Below are positions 39,871 through 52,433 of a stretch of DNA of 64,000 bases, one piece after another (the first letter of the stretch is position 1; each line of letters begins with the position of its first letter). The position numbers and the translations under genes are program-made. The stretch is from Geosiphon pyriformis uo1 (lineage: Eukaryota > Fungi > Glomeromycota): NCBI GenBank assembly GCA_016748015.1, contig JAAOMT010000591.1:385532-449531 (forward strand), written 5' to 3'. A model generated the notes under the pieces. The model had not been told where the DNA came from. It worked only from the letters and a program-made list of their open reading frames with translations, and ran no database searches.

Positions 39871-42519
39871 GTTTTAATAATTATGTTAAAGAAAATAAAA
39901 TAAATTGTTTTTAAAATCTAATTTTAAATTAATAAAATCATATAAAAATTAAAACACAGTTTTAATGTAATATAATTTTTGTAATAATATTAAATACTAA
40001 AATAAAAAACTATTTATTCAAAAAAATTTAATAAATAATTTTTTTTTTAAATATTATTAAAACCAATAATGTTTTTTAAAAATAAAAAAAAGTATTCTAG
40101 TTTTTATCTTATTAATTTAATTATTATAATTAAATATTTTATTTTTAAAACTGGTAATAATTAATTAAAATTTATATTAAACAATATAATTAAATATTAA
40201 TTCAAGTTAAATTTAACCAATATATCATTGTTATTAATCTTTAAAACAAAAAAAAACTTAATATTTTAAAAACAAAAATAACAAAAAAAAAATTAATAGC
40301 AGTTTAATAACCAGTTTGTAATTAAAAACTCTGAAACTCTTTACATAATAATAATTATATTAAGACTATTTTTAACATGTTACTTTGAAAAAACTTTTAC
40401 TTAAAACTAAAAATAGTGTTTTTTTTAACAACTAAAAGCTGCTTAGTTTTATTATTGTTTTAATAGTGGTCAAAAAATTGTAAAAGAATTGTTTTTTTTT
40501 GCTTTTTTATAATTTTTATAAATTCAATAATCATATTCAAACTTGAAAAACTGTGCCCCAACCACAATATGCTTTAATAACTCGCTACACTGCTCTGACG
40601 ATTGTTTAATTTTAATAGATACACCCAAGGCTTTCAGAGCTTCCATGCACCTCTTGAACCCCAAAATAAACTTTGAAATCATAAAGACTACATTGGTCAA
40701 GATGTTAACTTATAATGCATGGAAATGCTATTGTTTTTAGAAGAATAGTGGAATACCGAATTCTCTAACTTTTTATTTCAGAAAGAGCAACAAAAAAAGC
40801 TTTAGCTTTTATACCAGCAAACAGCAAACATATGAAGACAGCTCCTTCATTTCACTAGAATCAATTCTCTTTTCAGCCCAGTTCTCAAAACGTTTCGCAC
40901 TTTTTTTCGGTGGATGTGACTCCAGCCAGCCAGCCAGCATGATCAATTATTTTAGACGACGAGAAATCCTTGGTTTGAGAGTTTGTGCTTTCTTCAAGTT
41001 GCCTGCATAGTTACTGAGATTTTCTGTCATCAGCCCAGCGGAATTCTCAGTTTTGCCAATGTGCTCGTAGTTGCTAATATACTACCGAGAAGGTTAGGAT
41101 TCTTTAATATGCGCATACATAATGCACGTATGTTATTACCCTTAAATTCCAGAATAGTTACAATGATTGGTGACTCCAAAAGTTTTTATCATGGCTATGT
41201 ACAAAGGATTGTACTTGACATATGATATTATAATCACCAGCGACGAAGCCGGCTCCATAGTGGTGGGGTTGATGATGTCTCATATACAAAAACCTACGGG
41301 CGTGATCCCTTATGTATTGTGTGAAATAGATCTCCCCACATTTCGACGACTCCTAACTTGGTGCCCCTAGCACAAACACCCCTTCCACTTTTTGTCCTAA
41401 CGAACGATCCGCCAGTTTCGGGCGTCGGGACAAAATCCGTTAAGCAGCGGGCACGAATGCACCTCCCACTGTTGAAGACGGTAATACTTCATTTGTTACA
41501 ACATACATTATGTAAACAGGTAGCTATAAACAGCACATACGGATAATACTCGGGATTCGCCAATTAGATTCATGATGAAATGGAGAAGCAATGACCCAAA
41601 GGTCGATTCCTGGACACTATGCAACAACGGATGAGTGACCTCCTTGCTCTTGGGAAATACCCATAGAGCTGCTGGTGGCTTTTATCACCACGAAAACAAG
41701 TCATCTGTTTTATCGACAGGTGAGTAGAGATCCCCGTATCACGTGGGAAGTTCCTTATTTTCTTCTCTAAACGATAAATATCTTCGCATGACCAAGTTTC
41801 CTGGCTTCATCTATCAGCGACGTTCAATTCGGCTCGGTCCTGGAAATTTCGGGCTTTTGGAACATCGTTCAATCCTGCTGTGAAATCGACTAGCACTTGA
41901 TGTTTGATAAATTCTTGTCGCAATTTTCCCGTGTAAGTTAAGAAACATAATGATTTCCACTCAAAGGTGTCACTTGAGCGAAATAATCCACCGCATCGAG
42001 TCTTGTGTCATGGATGTTGTTTCCTGCAAACATGAACAGATTGGACGCTTTATTCAAACCATAGCAAAAGTTGAGAGTGTGAAAAAATCAAAATACAGGA
42101 AATGGAGGAAACGGAGCATATTCTTACAAGCAAGAACGGAAACCAGGCAAATGAAGTGCGAAAAACGTCAAATAAAGGCAACAGGGACGAGCGAAGCAAA
42201 TGGGGTGGTCGACGAAAGGAGCAAAAAACAGAATTACGTGCGTGTGTTGACCACACCGCATGATCACTTTGTCTGGTTTTGTTGTATGTCCCATAAATAC
42301 AGGTTGTTCACTATTAGACTAATTTAAAACTTTGATTTCCTTGAATCCGTTAATGATTAAACTACATTGGAACTTTGACGTATACCGTAAATACCAAAAT
42401 ATTATAAAATACAATTTTCTTGATCTTTTTCGCAATGGAGTGCAAGTTGAACCGATTTGTAAAATTTCCCAAACAAAAATATTATGTCTTGGTGCTTTTG
42501 AACTGTATGAACATCGACG

Positions 42520-45153
42520 TTATCCCTGAGATACAACATTACAGAATGAATATATGGATTTGCACTTAATAGAGAAAAATGGCAAACGTAATAAAAACTT
42601 ACTATATTTTCCGTGCGCGCGTATTTTTTCCTCCATCCTTGAGCTACAAGATGTACTCTCTCTGTGTAATTTAACATATTTAATATGTTTATTTCTATAA
42701 CTTCGTCTTATTAACTACGATTAGCCTTGAAAATGGTTTGCTTACCTTCATAATCACCCAAATTTATGCCTCTTTTTTTTAGAGGTGATTTCGTTTCTTC
42801 CGATTGCTGAAAATGATCAAAAACCGATTAATGAACCTAGAAATTGTGATAAGAGGCGAGGCCCTAACAACATACCTCTCGATCTTCCTTGTCCAAATCC
42901 TGGATTTCCTTGGGTGTTCTTTCGGCAAGTTTAGGCTTCATTTAGGGTTGTTTAAGAAATGTGATTATCTTCACATCTTTTCTGATAGACGAGAAATTGT
43001 TAAAGTAACTCACCGTTATGTTTTCTTTGTCTGCATCTCTATTTTTTTTGAATCCGGATTTCCATTTCGAAAAATTTATAGTGCTTTTAGAAGTTATTGT
43101 TGGCTTGAATAATTTATGACGTGCGTCAGTTTCTCTTTGCCTGGACTAAAAGAGAAAACTTCAACAAAACTCACCTCTTGAATTTTTCCTTTATCTAAAA
43201 CGCGCAATTTCTTGATAAATCGTTTTTCATTAAAATCCTCGTTTTTTGTTTGACTCATTTCATGCGTCTGTTCTATCGCTTGTTCGCATGGAAAATTGGT
43301 CGATTCTAAACTCTCTAAACAAAGTGGCACTGTCTCCGGGGCATCAGACGTGATGCTTTGGTCTGTCTTCTGAGTTTGGGTGAGAACACTTTCTTCCGTT
43401 ATTACTTTGGGAGATGTTTTAGGAGCAAAAAATTTTGATATGGTTTCTGAGTTCTCAGGTGATGGACCTTTATTCGAGGCAAAACTGGTGCGTAGCGGAA
43501 GCCGTTTATCTTGATAGTTCGTCTTTAATCGTTCAAGAAAAAAAAATTCCAATGAGATTTTGGGCGATTCCAATCATAAAGCTCCATAGTACAAAATTAC
43601 CTTGCTCTTGATCGAAAATAACCTTTGATTTTCGCATTTTATCGGTTTTTTCGTTATCGGATCGAGTTCCCCAAGTGCAATACCTTGAGCAACATTTGGA
43701 CTAATATCACTGAAAATAATGGTTGATCGTGTTTAAGGTTATCAATAGCAAATTTCGTATAGCGTGAGTAGATTCGAATTCAAGATTAAAATCCGATTTG
43801 AAAGGATACGCTCCAATGAAATCAAGTTTCTCAAAATCTAATTGCTCGGGTACGGGGTTGAAGGTAACCACACGTTGAGTAGTTAAATCAAAGACCTTTT
43901 GATGTAGGAAGGTCAATTCTGCACGAATAAAGTTCTCTTCATAGTCTGAAGGAACGTGATATTTATCATGCAATTGCAAAAATTTTATCACCTGAATCGA
44001 TTCAAAATTTCAGATTTAATTATTATAACTCAATAATTAAAGAAAACGGCATGAAAAAAAACGCCCCACCTTCTCTGCGGTGCGATATTTTTTTATAAAT
44101 TGATAAGCCTTTTTAATGCCAATTCCATGAATAGATCGTAGATAATCACAACCAGACAATATTGCCATCTGACGAAAATTTCTATCCGTCCAACCGACCA
44201 TAGAAAATTCATGGGAGGCACCAAAATTATCTCGACTTATTTCCTCTCCATTACCATATTGATCCATCTTGAAAATGACCTTTTTTTGCAACAAATAAGT
44301 AAGATTATCAGATTGATTCAAAGAATTAGATTGAAAAAGTTACAATTACGTTCTGACAGCCAAAAACCAATAGATCAGAATCTTCGGTGATAACAGCGGC
44401 AACCATATGGTTTTTTTCAAGGTAGGCTAATTGCGCATCAGCTTCATACGGAGCAACGACGTATTGAACTTGCTCAGCCTTTAAAGCCTAATTTAACGTG
44501 ATTAGAATTTTCCAATTAAGGAATTCGAAAGGAAAAATATAACTGAAGTTAAACATCCTCTTACCAAAATTAATTGATAAACCATCTCTGAAGTGACCTC
44601 AATGGCTTTTGAGAAACAGTCACGGGCCTTATCTTTCAATCCTTTTTTCAAAAATTCCATCCCTTGACGATAATGTTCTGCACGTTGCCTTGTTATTTAG
44701 AAAAGTTTAAAAACTCGGATAGGTTTTTCATAGATTATTGATCGGAATGCACAATCTAACACATACGCCTTTCGCTCTTCTTTAGTACGAGCCTTAGCCG
44801 GCAAATTTCCACCATCGAACACAATTAAAGGGCAAACATTGTAGAATTTGAGCATACGAACACGGTGCATGAAAAAGTCAATATATCTTTATTGGTGATA
44901 AATACAGACATAGGGATTTATTATTGATTGTAAAAATTCAAAGTTTTATTCACTCTATTAAAGCTTGAATATGGAAAAAGAACCAAACACACCTTTTTGT
45001 TGGCTGGTTGGTAGCTAGCTCCAAGGCACAAGAATGAGCACCTTTGTGAAGCCAGCAATGCCCGTCAACCCCAACAGTGCACCATGCATATTTTTCTATA
45101 GATATTTCTTGTTTTATTGGTTTCAGAATTTGAAGAAGACCTTGAACACCCAT
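42520..45153 (-). CDS. EXO1: Exonuclease 1 (XPG/Rad2 family), ~13 exons; 3' exons less certain
   Basis: [77 protein letters not shown]. Confidence 0.93.
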
Positions 45154-45812
45154 GGTAAGATTGTTGAAGCGTCGAGAAGGACAAAAATAGCAAAAATCTT
45201 AAACGCCTAACATTTTATCTATGTTTGATCTTATTAAGATTTTCTATCCCTATTTGCTATCAACTCTTAAAACCTATTTTACCGTTAGAGAATAGGTCAC
45301 GGCGCGTCTTTAAAGGAAATGATAAATGTTGAAAAGACGCGTTATTTTTATGATCACTGAATCGGCAATACGGCAGCCACGCCGAACTAAATGCTATACC
45401 GAATCTGCAATTTTTGATCATGCATGCATAGACAATCAACGCATATTAAAAATAGCCATCAAGATGACTCGGAGCATTTTGACCTCCTATTTTCCCGGCA
45501 GTGAATCCTAAAAGTCTCATCATTCAATGAGTTTTAAAAAATAGTATTCACAGGAAATTTTTGATTTTTTCATTAAGTTTTACGAATACTACAAAATGCA
45601 TTACCCTTTGATTTTGAACTAATTTTACAAACGATCAAGATTTTTTATACCCTTCTATTCACATAAAGAAAGAAAAGCAATAAATAAATAACCAGTTGTA
45701 ATTACCCAGAAAAAATGATTCAAAATTTTTTTTGACAATTCTTACTGTTGGTCAAGTAGGAGTAAATCGTTCATGCTTCAAAATATAGCACTAATAGAAA
45801 ATTTTAACATGA

Positions 45813-47085
45813 TTATTGCCTTACAGGGTCCCCATTAGATCTCGTATTATCGGCTTTATAAGGAACAATCACCAGTTCACCACGATGTCGAGCAATTTCA
45901 GTAGACATACTTGACACAGGAGGATCTTCAAGACGTGTCAAACCTGTGTCAATCACAGATCCGTGATTGTTGTCCCCTCTTCGTTGTGTACCATTTACAT
46001 TGTTTTTTTTTGTCGGTGGTGACTCAAATTCAAACTGCCGATTATGAATTTCGATTTCATGATGATGATTATGATTAAAAGAATTAAAGTTCTTTTTTGT
46101 CGATACAAACAAATCTCCCACTCGATTTGAGGTATCATCCAACGGATCAGAATTTTCAACCAAGGATAAAAATCTCGCCAATGTTGATGCTCCTGCTTTT
46201 AAAGGAGGAAGTGGAGGTGTAGAAGGCTTTGGTAAAAGTCGTGATTCCAACGTGTTAGATAATCCAGAAGTTCCATTTGTAAATAGTGGAGGTTTTGAAT
46301 TTTGTGATGGATGATTTTCGGTCTTCTGGGTTCCATGATTTCCGGGTATATTGTTTTCGGAAAAAAATGAAATCTGACATGCAGCATAGCCCCCAGAAGT
46401 TAGAAGTTTTTCAAGTTGATTTTCCATTTTTGCCAATTCTTCAAGGAGTTTCTTATAATGCTGCAGCGCCTCTAAAGTTATGATATACTTATCTTCTGGC
46501 AATGCTATGAATTGTTGTTGGAGAATATACTTCTGCAATTATTATATTCGTGATTGGGATGATGAATAGAAGAAAATAGAAGGGTTTCAAGAAAACCAGG
46601 AGCCCTTCGCACAAAGTAAAGAATTGCAACAATCAAAAAGTAATCTATTACCATTGTTAAGAGGTCACGAGCTGCTTTATCACTATTTTTCGACACCAAA
46701 TAGTAAAAAGGAACAAGCTTATTGATTTTTGCGTAAAAAGGGGTCAACTGTTCCATTGCTGAAGGATAACGCTTTTTTTGTTCTTCCGAGAGCCCACTTT
46801 CAATTAACCGAATTTTGACTATTAAACGAGTGAATAACAATTCTTTCTTAATAAAGTTTGAATCGGTTCAAAGTTCACATGCAGGTTTAGTAAGCAATAT
46901 AGCAAACCTCCAGCACTTCGAACCTCTTGGTCAATTTGTATCACTCTTTGTTGAGCTTGTTGATGTTGGGCTGCGCTGATAACTAATACCGAGGGAAAGG
47001 GTTGAGGAAGTATTGTAAAAGAAGTCGATTCTACTGATAGTTTAGCAGAAAACACTGGGGTTTTCGGCGTGTGAAAATTAGACAT
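45813..47085 (-). CDS. Hypothetical protein, 3 exons, with a helical segment reminiscent of the fungal Med15/Gal11 middle region and a disordered tail
   Basis: Three overlapping track ORFs join through two GT-AG introns (..EVRSAG/VKIRL.. and ..RDLLTM/KYILQQQF..). The Med15 resemblance is by eye only. Confidence 0.7.
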
Positions 47086-48436
47086 TTGTGAAATTATTGG
47101 AGCCAAAACTCTTAATGAAAGATTACAGATTGCACGTTTTTTGAACTGTCAGAGTAAAGAATTTCGAAGTTGTGAAGATGTTGTGTTTGTTGACATTTGG
47201 ATTTTAGGTGAACTATCAGTGCATTATCAGTGATCATGCGATAAATTGGTGTAAGATCCAATGATCAAAAATAGTTAGCCCAGCGTATCTTTAAAAATGA
47301 ATTAGCTGGATTAGCGTTAGAAACTTTACGGGTAATAGGAGCCTTGATAAGAGGATAAACCTGCCAGATAAGAAGACGGGGAAATTGAGACTTTCCTCGC
47401 AGGATATTTTTTCACTCGTCTTAGCAGATCCACGTTTTCCCACGTGCAGAAATTAGAGACAAACATATAATGGGAATTAATTTTCGTTTTTAATCAATAA
47501 ACTTCTTTTCACTTGAAACAGAAACAATTTTTCATGAATTTTTTTAAAAGAAACCTGGATACATAATTTTATTGAATTCTAAAAAAAACAAAAACCAAAA
47601 GGATAAATTAAATTCATTTAATTTGGAATTTTATATGCAATATTATTTGTCAAACTTAATTTAAAAGCTGACTTTAATAATAATAATAAAAGAATGACTT
47701 TTATTATTTGTATTATTTTTTACACTGGTTTTTAATTAATTATTTTTTAATTGCTTAAGTGAGCGTAGTTCTTTTACTATCTACTTTTATAGTACATGTA
47801 ACTAGCCACCTTATTTTATATATTTTATTTTAATAATAAAAATGAATTTTAATTATTAATAATATAAATTTTTAATTTTAACATCACAAAAGTATTATTA
47901 TTATTATTATTATTATTAGTATGATTTGGTCCTAAAAAGTTGATACAACATATTAACAAAATAAAACTTTTTTTTATAATTAAATTTATTTATTATAACT
48001 TGTTTTTTACATAATAATTATACTTAAAACTGCTTAAAATATTCATTGTTTTTAAAATAATAAAAAGTAAAAAAAGCCATATCATTTTGTTTCAAATTAT
48101 TTTAAAATGAAAAAATCATATTTAAACATATTAATAAACATTATAAAAATAAATTTTATAATCAATTAATACTTTGTTATAATGAATTATATTGGTTCAT
48201 CTCATCATTCATGTGACACAGTGTACTATAGCCTAAAATGATTGGTTACAGGCAAAACGCGTCTCGAATTTTCGGCCTCACAATTTGACTCCATCATAAT
48301 CTATCAACCAATAAGCGACGGATTGTGGAAGGAGTCACCAGTCAGGTGACACAAAAATCCCATAAGCAGACATATCCGGGGCTTTTTGACTCCTTCACTC
48401 TCTTTATTTTCCTTCTTACTAAAAGCACAGATAACT

Positions 48437-49277
48437 ATGTTTGACGACCGCGTTCTTCATTATAACCAACAATACCATTATTTCGAATCAGAACAACCTG
48501 TATCTAATCCTATTTTCGAGGGAGGCTGTTTTCTTTTCGTTGTATTAGGCATGATTTACGTGTTGTATGCTTATTTTATCCAACCACGCGGGTCTCCTCT
48601 GGTAAGTAAAACCTTATTTAATATATTTCTGATGCAAAGAATTCATAACTGTCGTGTTTTTTTCAGTATATCTAACAAACACATAATCAAAATTTACTCT
48701 GGTTAGGATACGAATCACGTAACAGGAACCGAGCCTTGGGCTCGTAACTACATTTATCCGAATCACTGGCGTGCAGGAACGATAACTGGGGTTTCGGAAA
48801 AGGTTGGAACACAATAATTATTCTGATTATCTTTATTTCCCGTCCATTCGGGTTTTTTGTCTCGTTCTTATTAATTTATGATATGATTATTATATACCCA
48901 AAAATCTGATTTCGTGAATTGCAAATCCTCTTACAATAAACCTACTTTAGACAAGTCTTAGACAACATAAACTAACACCGCACCCCACCGCACCGGCTAC
49001 TCCAATATTCTCATGCACCATAATCACTTATATTATTATCTATTGGGTTATACTGATCTGCCTATCATGGGTTTGGGGATTGCTATTTATGCCACCTCCA
49101 ACACCAACAGCTACTACGACAGTTGTAATTTTACCAACATCAACCACTACCTACTCACCTGCTAAGGCTGTGACAAAATCTTTCATTAGACCACAGTACG
49201 GTACTGGAATTGGGTGGTTAACTCCTACGACTACTTATTCTCGGATACCTCCTGAAAAGCTTCCAGTTTTTTATTGA
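48437..49277 (+). CDS. Hypothetical membrane protein (~195 aa), two hydrophobic helices and a Pro/Thr-rich tail, 3 exons
   Basis: Exons 48437-48601, 48707-48802 and 48951-49277 with phase-0 GT-AG introns. TM-like segments CFLFVVLGMIYVLYAYFI and IITYIIIYWVILICLSWVWGLLF. Confidence 0.7.
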
Positions 49278-49783
49278 AATAATAATTGTCGGTTTAAGGG
49301 AAAAATATCGAGAAATTCCCGCGATTTGGAAATTTATGTCTCAATAAAATCCTTAATTAAAATAATAGATAATACATCATATTTGTGAATTTCTATCGGG
49401 GGCCGTATTAACAAATAATGTACTTATGTAACAAACCTGGATTTCGAATGAGATAGTAAAGCAAATTAGCCCACCAAATTGCGTTTTGTTCTTCAAGGCT
49501 AGTCACCATCAGTTTTCAAATACTAGGTTGCTCGCTGGGAATGTTATTGCAAATGTGGTAATTAAAATCCTAAAGGAAAAGAGTTTGAGCGGTATCAAGA
49601 CCAAATTTTGAACAGCTTAAAGGATCTGTGTGATAAATTGATATATTAATGAAATTATCACTTTCATACCAAACTTTATTGCATCCAAAATTGAGCACAT
49701 TTTTATTCGAAAAATTTATTGCTACATCCAAAGTACATCTTATTATCCTTAAAGTAAAATAAAAAGTTTGATCGACAAGGAAT

Positions 49784-51653
49784 CTAAAATTTATAAAATA
49801 TTCCTTGCTGGACGAACTCGAACCGGTCAATACCAGTCGAGCCGTTTAGGAGCAAGGAAGGAATTGAACTCAGCTCGCAACAGCCAGGAAGATCAGCGAA
49901 TTCGGGTGCAAGCAATGTGTAAAAGAATGTATGTTGAGGGCGGGGAAAATGCTCCTCAGGGATTTGTTGAAGGGGCTGATGGCACCCTTTTATTTTGGTA
50001 GGAAGAATAGTAAAGCGGACCTGCTTTGCTGTTAATTCACAGGCGGGAACGAGTGGTGCAAGCAGTACCTCTTGTGGAGATACATAATTCAGTTGGGAAG
50101 GCTGATTGAGGGTGATGGGTGGCATCAAGGGAGAGGTAGACGGAGAAAAAGGTGATGAAGGAGCTTTGATCACGGGAACGGGAAGTGATGGTGTGGTGTT
50201 GACAATAGTAGCCGGAATTGAAGGAGTGACAATAGTTGGATTTGGTACCGGCATGCAAAGTGAGAATTGAGTTGATGCTGCCGGGACCGGAATTGAGGAT
50301 TCAATCGTTGATTTATTTAACACCAACGAATCGGACTCCAAGATACCTCTTGATTTCTTGGCTGCCCTCCGCTCTTTCAGACAGCTAACCTCCATCACCG
50401 CTTGTTGCTCTTCAGCGATAGTCCAGAGGCATCCTTTTCCAGGATGATCATCAGGGCGAGGCAATTTCACAAACGCCTTGTTTAATGATAGGTTATGTCG
50501 GATTGAATTCTAATTGCATATTTCAAGAATTTTGATTTATTAGTGGCTTTTTTCTAAAATAATATATCATACCAAAAAAGACGTAAATTTTAATCAATCA
50601 TGTGTCTCATTCAAATTGGCTAAATGAATTACTAAAAACACTCCTCACCATCCACCCAGTACCGGATTTGATTTCCCGGGTATAAAATGGGTATGTTGAA
50701 GAGATCCAGCTATAGATCTCGTTCAGCGTGAGCATCTTGTTTGAAACATTTAAGATCGCTTGCGCGATCAGACTAGCGTAGGAGTAAGGTGGCTTTTGGC
50801 TAGGATCCTGAATTTCATTAAATCTGACGAGATTATCTTCAAACCCTTCAGGACGGACACGTTTTCTGGAGGATTGTACATTAGAATTTGTGGGGTTTTC
50901 AGATCGTACACGTTTTTTAGATGATTGTGGATTGGAACCTGTAGGCAGACGATTGCTCACTTCAGGCAAAATCTGAACTAAATTTGATGAAATAATCGGG
51001 GTTTCTTGAACAGATGCTCTCATCTGAAAATATTAAAATTTATTATCAAACTACTTTCATTTTTTATGTCAACAATTTCACGAAGATCTTAATAAGCGAG
51101 TACAAACCTTCCCCTTTTCTCTTTGGCGTTGTAAATTTTGTTCCATTATATCGACTTTTTGTTCGTATACAGGGAGCGACCGCTCGGTATGAAAGTCTAG
51201 CAGTTGCAAGATCGAACGGGACTGCTCTTTGGCAACGTTTGGCACGTCTACACCTTCGCTAACCGATAGCTGTTCAGTATGAAGGTCTGTCAGTTGGAAT
51301 TTGGGACGTGACTCCTCGTTAACAGCTTTTGGAAGTTGTGTATAGTCATTAGCCAAAAGGGTCCGCTCAGTATGGACATCTGGGAACTGCGAATGCACTA
51401 CTTGCTTGACTAAATTCTGGGAAGAGTGAAAAAAGGAAGCAGGCTGGATAGGCGATGGTGTTTTAAGAACGACGAGAGGTTGAATAGAAGAGGCTTCGTC
51501 TTCTATTTGGGAAAAGTCGACGAAGTCTTCGATGTTGAAACCCATATTCACAATTTCGCTCATTGTAAAATCAGAAGTCGAGCCTTTGTCTTTCAATTTG
51601 AAAAAGTCAACAAAATCTTCATAAGTTAAAGCCATGTTTGCAACCTCCGACAT
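49784..51653 (-). CDS. Forkhead transcription factor without an FHA domain, 3 exons
   Basis: [56 protein letters not shown] across a phase-0 intron; duplicated basic NLS-like KRVR motifs. Confidence 0.92.
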
Positions 51654-51831
51654 AATAAAAATAGTGGTAAAGAATTTAAAAGCCTAAGAAGATTGAAAAG
51701 TTCAACGGAACTAGTAATGCCTCAAGAGCAGCGGTAATTGGAGTCAAGTTAGTCAAGAGAGAAAGCAGAGAGCTATTATGAAAGATTGATTCGATTACAC
51801 GCCTTTCCATTTCAGTCTTTTTTCCCCAAAG

Positions 51832-51849
51832 ACGCGTCAATTCACGCGT
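51832..51849. promoter_or_regulatory. Tandem MCB (ACGCGT) boxes upstream of the forkhead gene
   Basis: ACGCGT at 51832-51837 and 51844-51849, ~180 bp upstream of the ATG. Confidence 0.55.
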
Positions 51850-52433
51850 CGCATTTGATCAATTGAGATTCTCCTCTAATTTTCGCCACCATCCGCAGTT
51901 TTAAATACGCACTCAATTTCCATCTTGAGCGCGTTTTATGATCTGTAGAGAGTTACTCTATCGAAGAAGTCAAAACCTTTGCCATTCAATTTTCCAAAAC
52001 ATGCATTAATTTCAAAGTTTTTATCTGATCAGCACCTTCCAATCTCGTTTTTACCAAATAATGCGTCTAGTGACAAATAAGCATCACCTTTATTATCACG
52101 CCAGTTACAATCCCTTTGAGTAACCATCTTTAATGGGTAAGCGTCATAATTTTGGCTCCCAACTTGAACATTACTTAGGAGGATTCGACACACGCAACAA
52201 CTTGCCAAAGACAAAGACGGCCTCTTTCCTTATTACGGGCTGTAACTGTCTGACTTATTGGTACCCTGTCCCACTAAGCTTATACTTTGAATCACCCATA
52301 TGAGGTGATATAGTGTTTAAAAGAATCGGTGACCAAGTTACAGAATTTGTAATTTCTATTATTAGGAAAGAAAATCTAAAGTAAATAGCATCTATAATTT
52401 TCAGAGATTATCAGCCCTTCGGTCAAAACCTAT

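Larger units (their letters stand above)
27300..40540. repeat. Extremely AT-rich block of hypermutated, nested repeats
   Basis: G+C collapses abruptly ~150 bp upstream of ATS1 and recovers near 40540. CpG is almost absent. Contains the retroelement remnants listed separately. Confidence 0.9.

Noticed and set aside
27300-40540. Simple CpG-methylation decay, or organellar/endosymbiont AT-rich DNA
   Set aside because: Most lost C/G are outside CpG (GAA->AAA, TCT->TTT), and the blocks decode to retroelement proteins rather than organellar or bacterial genes.
41008-41052. Hammerhead-like core on the minus strand (ACTGAGAATTC..CTGATGA-CA-GAAA-ATCTCAGT)
   Set aside because: Stem III can form, but stems I and II are essentially absent (1 and 0 bp) and there is no second copy; most likely chance.
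40540-42330. Telomerase RNA candidate (also considered for 55200-56650)
   Set aside because: I found no perfect 1.5-repeat template such as CTAACCCTAA/TAACCCTAA on either strand.
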